DNA of 64,000 nt from an uncultured Gammaproteobacteria bacterium (GTDB lineage Bacteria > Patescibacteriota > Patescibacteriia > UBA9934 > GWF2-40-263): contig CAYOCD010000002.1 of assembly GCA_964402425.1 (NCBI GenBank), forward strand, positions 27,612 to 91,611, in the 5' to 3' direction. Below the pieces are notes generated by a model. The model made no database searches. It worked only from the letters and a program-made list of their open reading frames with translations, and had not been told where the DNA came from. Of this stretch, positions 9,872 through 18,947 are shown piece by piece. The position numbers and the translations under genes were made by a program. How positions within the stretch are numbered: the first letter of the stretch is position 1; each line of letters begins with the position of its first letter.

Positions 9872-10828
9872 ATGCATGAAGAACTTCAACAATTGCTCGG
9901 TGACCGTTTTAAGGAAAACGAACCTATGAGTAAACACACGAATTTTCGTATTGGCGGGCCTGCCAAGTATTTTGTGGAAGTAAAATCCGTAGAAGAACTT
10001 CAGAAAGTTTTGTCTATTGCGGATTCGAATTCATTTCGTACATGCATTCTTGGTGGAGGCTCGAATATGCTTGTGTCTGATCAGGGTTTTGATGGTGTGA
10101 TGATCAAGATTGCTATGCGTGAAATGAGTATTGATAAAAATCGTGTTCATGCAGATTCTGGTGTGCCAATGATCTTGCTTGCAAGAAAAGTTGGTGAAGC
10201 TGGTCTTGCGGGACTTGAATGGGCGATTACATTGCCAGGTACGGTCGGTGGGGCGGTGAGAGGAAACGCTGGGTGCTATGGGGGGGAAACAAAAGATTAT
10301 TTAGTCGAAGCTGTTGTTTTGTCGGAGGGAAAGGTTGTGACGCGCTCGAATGAAGAGTTGAGGTTCGGGTATCGTGAATCTTTAATCAAGCATTCGCCAG
10401 ATATTATTTTGTCCGCAATATTCGAACTTCCATCTGGGGATCGAGAAATGATAAAGCAAACAATGGAATCAAATTTGTTGAAGCGTAAGGTGGCGCAGCC
10501 AACAGATGCTGGCTCGGCTGGATGTATGTTTAAGAATTTTGACATCTCTTCTGATGAAGAATTGGATCAAATCAAAACAAAACTCGAACTCACTCCAGTG
10601 ATGATCGCTTCGCGCCGTATATCCGTCGGTTGGCTTATCGATCAACTTGATTTGAAAGGTTTTGAAATGGGTGGAGCAAAAGTGAGCGAAAAACACGGGA
10701 ATTTTCTTGTAAATTCTGGAAATGCAACCGCAGATGAAATTGTGCAATTGATCGCCGTGATAAAAACGCGCGCCAGAGACACGTATGGTATAATTTTACA
10801 GGAGGAAGTTCAGTACGTAGGTTTCTAA
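9872..10828 (+). CDS. murB: UDP-N-acetylenolpyruvoylglucosamine reductase
   Basis: HTNFRIGGPA, GGGSNML, PGTVGGAVRGNAG, SAGCMFKN, KHGNFLVN. Confidence 0.96.
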   Translation: MHEELQQLLGDRFKENEPMSKHTNFRIGGPAKYFVEVKSVEELQKVLSIADSNSFRTCILGGGSNMLVSDQGFDGVMIKIAMREMSIDKNRVHADSGVPMILLARKVGEAGLAGLEWAITLPGTVGGAVRGNAGCYGGETKDYLVEAVVLSEGKVVTRSNEELRFGYRESLIKHSPDIILSAIFELPSGDREMIKQTMESNLLKRKVAQPTDAGSAGCMFKNFDISSDEELDQIKTKLELTPVMIASRRISVGWLIDQLDLKGFEMGGAKVSEKHGNFLVNSGNATADEIVQLIAVIKTRARDTYGIILQEEVQYVGF

Positions 10829-10838
10829 TTATTGTCTG

Positions 10839-10913
10839 TGTCATCCTGATGGAGTACGACGACAGAAGGATCTCATTATAGTCGCGAGATTCTTCGCTCC
10901 GCTCAGAATGACA
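10839..10913. repeat. REP-like imperfect palindrome (TGTCATCCTGA...GAAGGATCTC / GAGATTCTTCG...TCAGAATGACA)
   Basis: Arms are near reverse complements and resemble CGTC-type REP palindromes. Confidence 0.7.
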
Positions 10914-10922
10914 TAAAAAAAT

Positions 10923-11267
10923 ATGAAAATCTCATCGATTCTCGGAACCAACATGGATCTTACAGAGGCTATCAAGATGTATGTAGAGGAACGTGTCGCT
11001 GCATTAGAAAAATTAACGTCAAGTTTTGAAGAGTCTGCTGAGCTGCGTGCAGAATTAGGAAAAACATCCCAACATCACACAAGCGGACCATTCTTTTTTG
11101 TTGAATTTCATCTTGATGCTCCCGGAACAACTTTGAATGCAAAAGCAGAAGGGGAGGATTTGTATGCTATTATTGATGAGGTGCGAGATGACCTGAAAAG
11201 ACAATTAGTAGATTATAAAGAAAGAAATATTGATCAAAATCGTGGCCCAAGACCAGGAAAAGAGTAA
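10923..11267 (+). CDS. hpf: ribosome hibernation factor / ribosomal subunit interface protein (RaiA/HPF, short form)
   Basis: NMDLTEAIKMYVEE and EDLYAIIDEV motifs; hpf-secA synteny. Confidence 0.85.
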   Translation: MKISSILGTNMDLTEAIKMYVEERVAALEKLTSSFEESAELRAELGKTSQHHTSGPFFFVEFHLDAPGTTLNAKAEGEDLYAIIDEVRDDLKRQLVDYKERNIDQNRGPRPGKE

Positions 11268-11331
11268 AAAAATGAGGCCTCTACGGAGGTCTCTTGATTT
11301 ATCAAAGCAAAACCAGCACACTATTGCGCAT

Positions 11332-14103
11332 ATGAGCAAAATTTTGAACATCCTTTTTGGAGATCCAAACAAGAAAGTGATTGCGGATCTGCGTAAAGAA
11401 GTTGAGCACATCAATAAACTTGAAGGTGAGATCAGCATGCTGTCAGATGTTGCCTTGAAGAACAAAACAATTGAATTTCGTGAAATGATCGCACAAGGCA
11501 GAAGTGTGGATAGTCTTTTGTATGAAGCATTTGCTGTTGTTCGTGAGGCGGCAAAGCGAACGTTGGGTCAACGTCATTTTGATGTTCAGCTCATGGGAGG
11601 AATTGTCATGTACCGAGGCATGATTGCGGAAATGCGTACAGGAGAAGGAAAAACATTGACATCGACTCTCGCTCTTTACGCAAATGCGCTTGAAGGAAAA
11701 GGATGTCACCTTGTGACCGTAAACGATTATCTCGCTCGTCGTGATGCGGTTTGGATGGGACAAATTTTTCATTTTCTTGGCATGTCGGTAGGAATCATTC
11801 AGCACGAAGGCGGGTTGATGTATGATCCTGAATTTAAACATCCTGAGCCGGTCGTAGTAGATGCAGAAACAATCCAAACAGAATCTTTTCATGTGCGTGA
11901 AGATTTTTTGCGACCCGTTGAAAGACGGGCTGCTTATGCCGCTGACATTACATACGGAACAAATAATCAATACGGATTCGATTATTTGCGCGACAACATG
12001 GCACCAACCATTCAAGATACGGTGATGCGTGGATTGCATTTTGCCATTGTTGATGAAATTGACTCTATTTTGATTGATGAAGCACGTACACCACTCATTA
12101 TTTCTGCGCCGGCAGAAAAATCAAATGAGTTGTATGTGCGATTTGCACAGATCACAAAAACATTGATTGAGAATGAAGATTACAACGTAGATGAAAAATT
12201 GCGCACAGCTGCGTTTACAGATGCTGGTGTTGAAAAAATCGAAAAATCTCTCGGAATCGAAAACCTTTATGCGGGAGGATCTGGAATGTTGTTTCAGAGA
12301 TTTGCAGATTCCGCCCTCAGAGCGCGCGCAAACTATCAAAAAGATGTTCATTACGTTGTGCAAAACAACGAAGTCCTTATTGTTGATGAGTTTACAGGTC
12401 GTCTCATGCAAGGCCGACGCTTCTCAGAAGGAATCCATCAAGCAATTGAAGCAAAAGAAGGTGTCACTATCCAAAACGAAAGCCAAACACTGGCCACCAT
12501 TACGTTCCAAAATTATTTCCGTATGTATACCAAGTTGTCTGGTATGACGGGAACGGCTGTTACAGAAGCGGAAGAATTTTCAAAAATTTATAAATTGGAA
12601 GTGATTGAGATCCCAACGAACCTTTCTGTTGCGCGTAAGGATTTGCCGGATCGTGTGTTCAAAAATGAACTCGGAAAATTTGAGGCGGTTATCCGTGAAA
12701 TCAAAGAGCGTCAAACAGCAGGGCAGCCCGTGCTTGTCGGAACAGCGTCGGTTGAAAAAAATGAATTGCTTTCAGAGTTGCTGACGAACGCTGGTGTAAA
12801 ACATGAAATATTGAACGCCAAAAACCATGCGCGTGAAGGAGAAATTATTGCTCAAGCCGGACGTGTTGGTGCTGTAACCGTTGCAACAAATATGGCTGGG
12901 CGTGGTGTGGACATTAAACTTGGAGGAAACCCAGGAACAAAAGAAGACGAAGCTCGCGTGCGTGAACTCGGTGGATTACACGTGCTCGGAACGGAACGTC
13001 ATGAATCTCGTCGTATTGATAACCAGTTACGTGGACGATCTGGCCGCCAAGGGGATCCTGGAACAACACAATTTTACGTTTCAATGGAAGATGATTTAAT
13101 GCGTATTTTCGGTTCAGATCGCGCAAAGGGCATCATGGATAAACTTGGGATCCCAGATGATATGCCGATTGAAAACGGCATGATCACAAGCTCAATTGAA
13201 AAAGCACAGGTACGTGTCGAAGGACACAACTTCGACATTCGTAAACATTTGCTTGAATACGATGATGTCTTGAATAAACATCGTGAAGTGATCTACGGTC
13301 GCCGACTTGAGGTTTTGGAGGCGTTTGATAAAGAACCAGAAACACTCAAAGAACGTATTCTTGATATTGTTGAGGGTGAAGTAGAGCAAATCGTTCTCTT
13401 TCATACGGGAGAAAAAGTTATTTCGCCAATACACAAGGCAGAAGGTACTGAAGATGTTGGTGCGGGGGATTGGAATACAAAAGAGATTATTGAGACAGTG
13501 AATACTATTGTCACACTTGATGCAGAATCAAAATCAAAACTTGAGTCCATTTCCATGGAACATTCACGAGATAAACAAGTGATCGCGGGAGCTCGCACAA
13601 AGATGATTGAAACAATCATGACCGTTGTGCGTGATGAATTAAGTAGTTTGCACGATTTGTTTGAGGTAAAAATGGATTTGTTTCACATTGAACGTGCAAC
13701 GCTTATTCGCAGTATTGATATGCTCTGGATTGAGCATCTTTCCGCGATGACCTCTTTGAGAACAGGAATCGGACTGCGTGGGTATGCACAACGTGACCCG
13801 CTCATTGAGTATAAGCGGGAAGGTTACGACATGTTTCAACAATTGCTCGCAGCCATTAACCAAGATGTTACATTCTCGTTCTTCAAATTCGCCCGCCACG
13901 CCGTGGACATGAAAGTTCAGGCGCAACTGAACGACTCACTCTTGAGTCGTTCAGGTGTTCAACTTGCGGGAGCAGAAACAACCTCGAATGAACATTCATC
14001 TGTTGCGAGTACATCGAGTGACGACAAAGTAGGAAGAAATGATCCGTGTCCATGTGGAAGCGGAAAGAAGTACAAGAAGTGTCATCTTATTGGAGGTGAA
14101 TAA
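11332..14103 (+). CDS. secA: preprotein translocase ATPase SecA
   Basis: MRTGEGKT, IVDEIDSILIDEARTPLIIS, ATNMAGRG, C-terminal SEC-C GRNDPCPCGSGKKYKKCH. Confidence 0.98.
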   Translation: MSKILNILFGDPNKKVIADLRKEVEHINKLEGEISMLSDVALKNKTIEFREMIAQGRSVDSLLYEAFAVVREAAKRTLGQRHFDVQLMGGIVMYRGMIAEMRTGEGKTLTSTLALYANALEGKGCHLVTVNDYLARRDAVWMGQIFHFLGMSVGIIQHEGGLMYDPEFKHPEPVVVDAETIQTESFHVREDFLRPVERRAAYAADITYGTNNQYGFDYLRDNMAPTIQDTVMRGLHFAIVDEIDSILIDEARTPLIISAPAEKSNELYVRFAQITKTLIENEDYNVDEKLRTAAFTDAGVEKIEKSLGIENLYAGGSGMLFQRFADSALRARANYQKDVHYVVQNNEVLIVDEFTGRLMQGRRFSEGIHQAIEAKEGVTIQNESQTLATITFQNYFRMYTKLSGMTGTAVTEAEEFSKIYKLEVIEIPTNLSVARKDLPDRVFKNELGKFEAVIREIKERQTAGQPVLVGTASVEKNELLSELLTNAGVKHEILNAKNHAREGEIIAQAGRVGAVTVATNMAGRGVDIKLGGNPGTKEDEARVRELGGLHVLGTERHESRRIDNQLRGRSGRQGDPGTTQFYVSMEDDLMRIFGSDRAKGIMDKLGIPDDMPIENGMITSSIEKAQVRVEGHNFDIRKHLLEYDDVLNKHREVIYGRRLEVLEAFDKEPETLKERILDIVEGEVEQIVLFHTGEKVISPIHKAEGTEDVGAGDWNTKEIIETVNTIVTLDAESKSKLESISMEHSRDKQVIAGARTKMIETIMTVVRDELSSLHDLFEVKMDLFHIERATLIRSIDMLWIEHLSAMTSLRTGIGLRGYAQRDPLIEYKREGYDMFQQLLAAINQDVTFSFFKFARHAVDMKVQAQLNDSLLSRSGVQLAGAETTSNEHSSVASTSSDDKVGRNDPCPCGSGKKYKKCHLIGGE

Positions 14104-14171
14104 AAGGCCAATGAATCAATAAAATCAATGCGTTCAGTGATTGCACAAGGACGGATTTGATTAGAAAATTT

Positions 14172-14201
14172 ACAACGACCTCATTTTGAGGTCGTTGTTT
14201 T
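14172..14201 (+). terminator. secA terminator (copy 1 of a three-copy family)
   Basis: ACAACGACCTCA-ttt-TGAGGTCGTTGT plus Ts; related hairpins at 15062-15092 and 18955-18986. Confidence 0.8.
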
Positions 14202-14338
14202 GTAATGATCCCTACCCACAAAGTTGAGTAAGATAGAATATTGAAAAGAACGTTAAACAAATACTCAAATAGCTGTTATGATAAATATAGATAAGCCTGG
14301 GAAAGTGCTTTGTTTTTCCAAATATTTTATAAAAAACT

Positions 14339-14983
14339 ATGACTCGTTCTGAACTCATTGCAAAAAAAATAAATATACAAATTCAAGAATGGAGCCAGAA
14401 CAATGAAAAATTGGTTGTGGCTATTGATGGATATGCAGGGTCTGGAAAAACGACCATTGCTGATTTTATTGGTGTACAAAATTCAAACGTCCTTGTTGTT
14501 CATCTTGATGATTTCATTAAACACTGGAAAACACGAAAGTTGTTGATGAAACATGCTGTAAACAAATCGAACGTGTTTGAATATGAGTGGTATCGATATT
14601 TGGAAGTAGAAAAATTGATTCGAAATTTTAAACGAAGAAAACAAGGAGTTATAAAATTAAAGACATACAATTTCGACAAAAATAATTTTGATCCAAAACG
14701 CGCTTTTGATCTTTCAAAAAAGATTCTCGTTATTGATGGCGTATTTCTCATGCACCCTAAACACAATGTTAGTACATTGTGTAATAAAACAATTTATCTT
14801 GATGTTGAATTTGAAACGGCTGATAAAAAAAGAATCGCTCGTGAAAAAAAGCGATGGGGAGAGCATTACTTACCAGAAGACCACCCAGATAATTGGATTC
14901 AATATTTTAAAATTGCTTACAGAGCGTATATAAATAAATATAAACCAGAAAAGCATGCGGATCTTGTGTTTAGGATTGATTAG
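14339..14983 (+). CDS. uridine kinase / phosphoribulokinase-family P-loop kinase
   Basis: VAIDGYAGSGKTT, VVHLDDF, ILVIDGVFL. Confidence 0.8.
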   Translation: MTRSELIAKKINIQIQEWSQNNEKLVVAIDGYAGSGKTTIADFIGVQNSNVLVVHLDDFIKHWKTRKLLMKHAVNKSNVFEYEWYRYLEVEKLIRNFKRRKQGVIKLKTYNFDKNNFDPKRAFDLSKKILVIDGVFLMHPKHNVSTLCNKTIYLDVEFETADKKRIAREKKRWGEHYLPEDHPDNWIQYFKIAYRAYINKYKPEKHADLVFRID

Positions 14984-15025
14984 AATTAATCTTATTTTTA
15001 AGATAGTATGAAGATTTTTTTAATA

Positions 15026-15053
15026 ACTTCAAGAAGTGGCCATGGAGCGTAAA
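15026..15053 (+). repeat. 28-bp direct repeat copy A (ACTTCAAGAAGTGGCCATGGAGCGTAAA)
   Basis: Identical to 18920-18947. Confidence 0.92.
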
Positions 15054-15061
15054 GAAATATC

Positions 15062-15092
15062 AAACAACGATCTCATCCGGGGTCGTTGTTTT
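15062..15092 (+). terminator. terminator copy 2
   Basis: AAACAACGATCTC-atcc-GGGGTCGTTGTTT, homologous to 14172-14201. Confidence 0.75.
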
Positions 15093-15244
15093 GTAACGAT
15101 TCTTATTCGCACAAGAATCGTTCATGTAAGACATGTGATCAGTTGACAAAATCATTAAAATCTATCAAGTCCAATTTGGATAATTTCTACTCAACGGCTG
15201 GATGAAATTATTTTCACTGTTATTTACAATTTAGGAGATTTAAC

Positions 15245-15922
15245 ATGTATACAGGAAAATGCTCAATCATTATCCCAGCACACAATGAAGAGGCGACGAT
15301 CAGAAACTGTTGCCTGCGATTTGCTGATCACGTCAGTGTTTCTGAAGTAATTGTGGTCGCAAATTCTTGCAGCGATATGACATATCAAGAAGCTCTTGCT
15401 GGTAAAGCCGTGGTAATTCAAACGAACTACAAGGGGAAAGGCAGAGCAATTAAAATAGGTCTTATACAAGCAAAAGAAGAAATCGTTTTGCTTTTTGATG
15501 GTGATATTAAGAATCCATCTGCTATTTTCACAGAGATACTACTCTCTGGATTGACCTCGAAGGAAGTTGGTTTGGTAAAAGGTGTATTTGATCGAAGTGA
15601 ACAACCCGGTCCTGTCACTGACATGTTAGTGAAACCAGTGCTTGAGATTGCCAATCATCCGGCCAAAGTGATTTCGCAGCCATTGTCCGGTATGGTAGCT
15701 GTTAGACGTGATTTCGCTAGGAGTATCGATATGCCAGATGACTTTGGAGTCGAATTAAGTATGTTGCTTGCGGCATATGAAAAAAAATTGCAGGTTGTAG
15801 AGGTATCACTGCCAAAAATAGAGCACAGACAAAGACCCTGGAGTCACTATATGGCAATGGCTGTCGAAGTCGCTGAAACATTTAAGCGTTTTCAAATAAT
15901 CAATACACACGAGGGGTTATAA
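15245..15922 (+). CDS. GT-A glycosyltransferase, glucosyl-3-phosphoglycerate synthase (GpgS)-like
   Basis: IIPAHNEE, GKGRA, FDGDI (DxD), GPVTDMLVKP, QPLSG, FGVE and EHRQRP parallel GpgS motifs; AGGAG SD. Confidence 0.7.
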   Translation: MYTGKCSIIIPAHNEEATIRNCCLRFADHVSVSEVIVVANSCSDMTYQEALAGKAVVIQTNYKGKGRAIKIGLIQAKEEIVLLFDGDIKNPSAIFTEILLSGLTSKEVGLVKGVFDRSEQPGPVTDMLVKPVLEIANHPAKVISQPLSGMVAVRRDFARSIDMPDDFGVELSMLLAAYEKKLQVVEVSLPKIEHRQRPWSHYMAMAVEVAETFKRFQIINTHEGL

Positions 15923-15923
15923 C

Positions 15924-17210
15924 ATGTTACGAATTCAAATGATTTGCGGTGAATTAGCCCCGTATCGTTGCCATGGCGGTTTGGGTATTGCAGCAGAAAA
16001 TTTATGTGCACAACTCGTCTCGCTTGGTGCTAGTACTGAAGTATTTTTCCCATTGTTGGAAGGGAGTAAATCCGTTCACAGCAATACGTCTGGATTAAAT
16101 CCTTTTCCGATTGATATGCCATTCGATATGGCCAATCAACTTGATAGTGAATTAGCTCCGGGCTTGACTCATTTTTGCCAAAAGGCATTAAGATCAATGG
16201 ATCGAAATTCAAACACATGTTTTGTTGCTCACGACAATGAGGCTGCGGTAAGTGTAGTTTTTGGTAAGGAGCAGGGTAGACAATCTATTTTTTGGATGCA
16301 TAGCCTTTATGATCATCCCGTAAGATTAGATTTCCCAAAATCAGTTCAACGATTGATGTCATCTGATTCGCTTCTAGCTTCTGCAATCAATGACTCATGT
16401 CTGTTTGTTACGAGCGGTGGTGTCTTGAAAGATGCGTTGTCTATCATCTGGCCTCAAAGGTTACGTGATACACAACGTGCGATTCAAGAAGCGCACGGAG
16501 CCGGCAAAATCGTCATTGTGGAATCGTTGGGGTTGCTAAAAGAGAGGTGTTTGCCAACTCAGAATTTGAATATAGCAAGAAAATACGGATTGACTGAAAA
16601 ACCGTTCGTTCTTTTTCCTTCGCGACCTGTCTTGAGTAAAGGAATTGGTTTTATTCAAACAGTTGCCAAAGTAATGCGAGATGAAAATCTCATGTTCGTC
16701 GCTGTTGGAAAACCATCGAATGAAATAAGAAGAATGTGTCCAAACATATCGTGGATTCCTTGGTTGGAGAAACACGAGCTGTTTGCGCTTATGGGTCAAG
16801 CATCAGTCATAGTGCACCCTAGCCTTACTGAAGGATATGGCTTGGCTGCTGCTGAATCAGCCAAATATAATAATAAGGTTCTTTGTCACCCAGTTGGTGG
16901 TTTGCATATTTTAACAGAACGAAATTTGGTAGACGAAGTTTCTATTACCAACGAAGAACTCAGTGGTTTGTATACACTTTGGAGTGACTTATTAACCACG
17001 CAAAACAATTCCGAAGCAGTTCGTGTGTGGCACGAACAATCCGCGAGTTTTAAAAAGCTTACGGACAAATGGATAGAAGCTCTTTCTAGAAAAGTACTTG
17101 AATGTGGTGGCTCGTCAGGAACAGATCAACAATACGGAGATGCGTCATGGAACAGTATAACTTGGGGCGAAACATTATTGACGGCAATCAACAAACTCCA
17201 ACCTTATTGA
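15924..17210 (+). CDS. GT-B (GT4 / glycogen-synthase-like) glycosyltransferase
   Basis: N-terminal ELAPYRCHGGLG, AHD, SRPVLSKG, PSLTEGYGLAAAES (Ex7E). Confidence 0.8.
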   Translation: MLRIQMICGELAPYRCHGGLGIAAENLCAQLVSLGASTEVFFPLLEGSKSVHSNTSGLNPFPIDMPFDMANQLDSELAPGLTHFCQKALRSMDRNSNTCFVAHDNEAAVSVVFGKEQGRQSIFWMHSLYDHPVRLDFPKSVQRLMSSDSLLASAINDSCLFVTSGGVLKDALSIIWPQRLRDTQRAIQEAHGAGKIVIVESLGLLKERCLPTQNLNIARKYGLTEKPFVLFPSRPVLSKGIGFIQTVAKVMRDENLMFVAVGKPSNEIRRMCPNISWIPWLEKHELFALMGQASVIVHPSLTEGYGLAAAESAKYNNKVLCHPVGGLHILTERNLVDEVSITNEELSGLYTLWSDLLTTQNNSEAVRVWHEQSASFKKLTDKWIEALSRKVLECGGSSGTDQQYGDASWNSITWGETLLTAINKLQPY

Positions 17211-17854
17211 TACTCTCACCACATCCCGATGACCTTGAATTGTCGTGTGGACTACTTTGTCATCAAGCAATGCTGCTTGGTTGGCGTGTTCTCGAGATAG
17301 TTTTAACAGATGGAGCGGCTGGCGGTATCGATTTAAGCTTATTTCATACTGATAAAATTCGTGAACTTCGAGTTGCAGAAGCGCGAAGGGGAGGTATGTT
17401 ACTCGGTGTCGAGGAAATTGAATTTTGGGGGTATGCAGATTCCAATTTGAATCAGGATCTGCAGTCAGTAATTTTATTGTTACAAGACAGGCTTAAATTC
17501 CTCTCTCCAACAGTCTTGGTTTTTCCTAGCATAAACGACACTCATCCTGATCATTTCGCTGCATACACTATTGTCATGTCAGTCCTCGAACAGTACAAAA
17601 AAGAGCTAGTAACTCTTCAATACTGTTTCTGGGGTAAGGATGATAATCAAAATATTATTCTTTCACATACATCTGGTGTGCAGGCGAAGGAGAGTGCAAT
17701 CAAAGAACATAAAACACAACCTATAGATAAGTATCTCAGTCGGTTGAATGAGGGAGAGAAAAAAATGAATGATTTCGAACGATACTTTAGTCCTAATCCT
17801 AACAAAACTATTTCGGTTTTGATAGACTATGGTTTCCGTATCAATCTCATCTAG
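17147..17854 (+). CDS. PIG-L/LmbE family N-deacetylase
   Basis: SPHPDDLE, RVAEARRG, DTHPDH; GGAG SD before ATG 17147. Confidence 0.85.
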   Translation: MEQYNLGRNIIDGNQQTPTLLILSPHPDDLELSCGLLCHQAMLLGWRVLEIVLTDGAAGGIDLSLFHTDKIRELRVAEARRGGMLLGVEEIEFWGYADSNLNQDLQSVILLLQDRLKFLSPTVLVFPSINDTHPDHFAAYTIVMSVLEQYKKELVTLQYCFWGKDDNQNIILSHTSGVQAKESAIKEHKTQPIDKYLSRLNEGEKKMNDFERYFSPNPNKTISVLIDYGFRINLI

Positions 17855-17880
17855 AAACTTACGAGGTGTAACAACGAAAG

Positions 17881-18753
17881 TTACACCTTTTTTATTTTCA
17901 ATCTTTGATGAAACAATCGTTTAGCGTCTTTTTTTGTTATAAATTTTGAGCCTTTATAGGCTAATGCTAATAATTTTATTGCCATGTCTTGATAATAAAT
18001 CTGCGCACGTTCATATATGTCTGAATCTGAAGTTGTTTGATAAAACGATAACACAGAACGAACAAAATTTTCACCATAAGAAAATAATGCCGCAAAATCT
18101 CTGGCTGGATCACTTATTATTGAATCGCTAAAGTCAATGATTCCAAGGCTGTTGCCAGTCTTTTTGTTCACAAAGACATTGTCGCTTGTTAAATCACCGT
18201 GTATGAGTGTTGGTTTAAAATCTTTTAACAGAAGTTTACGTCTTTTTAAGAAATTGACGACAGATATTTTTTCTCTTGATGTGATAAAAGTATCTATGAA
18301 TTTAACATCTGCAAAAATTTCCTTATTTTGTTTAGATACACTCGTATTTCGTACATGAGCTTTTAAAGCCAGCTCAATGGGTGTGTTGTGAATTTGAGAT
18401 AAAAATAGCGAAATGTTTTTTGCAAATTTTTTCTTTTCTGATGGGTTGAATTTTTTATACCTCGCTTCGCTCATGGGTGAGCCTGTTACAACCGAATAGA
18501 TAGCAGTTTTTGATTTTGCATCCTTATAAATTGGCTTAGGGATATCCGCATCTATAATGTTTTGCAAATAGGATAGTAAATTATAATCGACCAGCATCCG
18601 TTTTCTCGCATCATTATTTTTTGGTATTCGAGTGACGTATTTATTGTCCAGTAATAAAATATCATGATCCCAACCGGAGGAAATATGTTTTGATTTTTTC
18701 CACTCTAGATTTGGGAATATTTCATGAATATTCTCATTTAAGTTTTTTTGCAT
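17881..18753 (-). CDS. aminoglycoside phosphotransferase / choline kinase-like family protein
   Basis: SGWDH loop, LIHGDL catalytic motif, GIIDFSD. Confidence 0.85.
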   Translation of the reverse strand: MQKNLNENIHEIFPNLEWKKSKHISSGWDHDILLLDNKYVTRIPKNNDARKRMLVDYNLLSYLQNIIDADIPKPIYKDAKSKTAIYSVVTGSPMSEARYKKFNPSEKKKFAKNISLFLSQIHNTPIELALKAHVRNTSVSKQNKEIFADVKFIDTFITSREKISVVNFLKRRKLLLKDFKPTLIHGDLTSDNVFVNKKTGNSLGIIDFSDSIISDPARDFAALFSYGENFVRSVLSFYQTTSDSDIYERAQIYYQDMAIKLLALAYKGSKFITKKDAKRLFHQRLKIKKV

Positions 18754-18919
18754 AAGAGAAACAGATATTACACGATTAACATACAATATTTTATATTATA
18801 CAACTTATTTGATTCATCGTATGCGATGAAAATAGGACTTGATTTGGATAGTTCTCGAATTTATCCATTAAGATAACATTAAACTTGTTTTGACCGAATA
18901 TCTTCTGGTAAAGTCGGCC

Positions 18920-18947
18920 ACTTCAAGAAGTGGCCATGGAGCGTAAA
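18920..18947 (+). repeat. 28-bp direct repeat copy B, overlapping the palindrome GGCCACTTC-AA-GAAGTGGCC (18916-18935)
   Basis: Identical to 15026-15053. Confidence 0.92.

Noticed and set aside
11230-11331. Long N-terminal extensions in the ORF track (secA, rdgB, glyA, rlmD, clpB, alr, rplM and others)
   Set aside because: They arise from upstream alternative start codons overlapping promoters, terminators or neighbouring genes; downstream ATGs fit the family N-termini better.
17881-18753. Calling the APH-like gene an antibiotic-resistance gene
   Set aside because: Only family-level kinase motifs are visible; the substrate cannot be inferred from sequence.
15026-18947. 28-bp repeats as a CRISPR array
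   Set aside because: Only two copies, 3.9 kb apart with genes between them; no cas genes.
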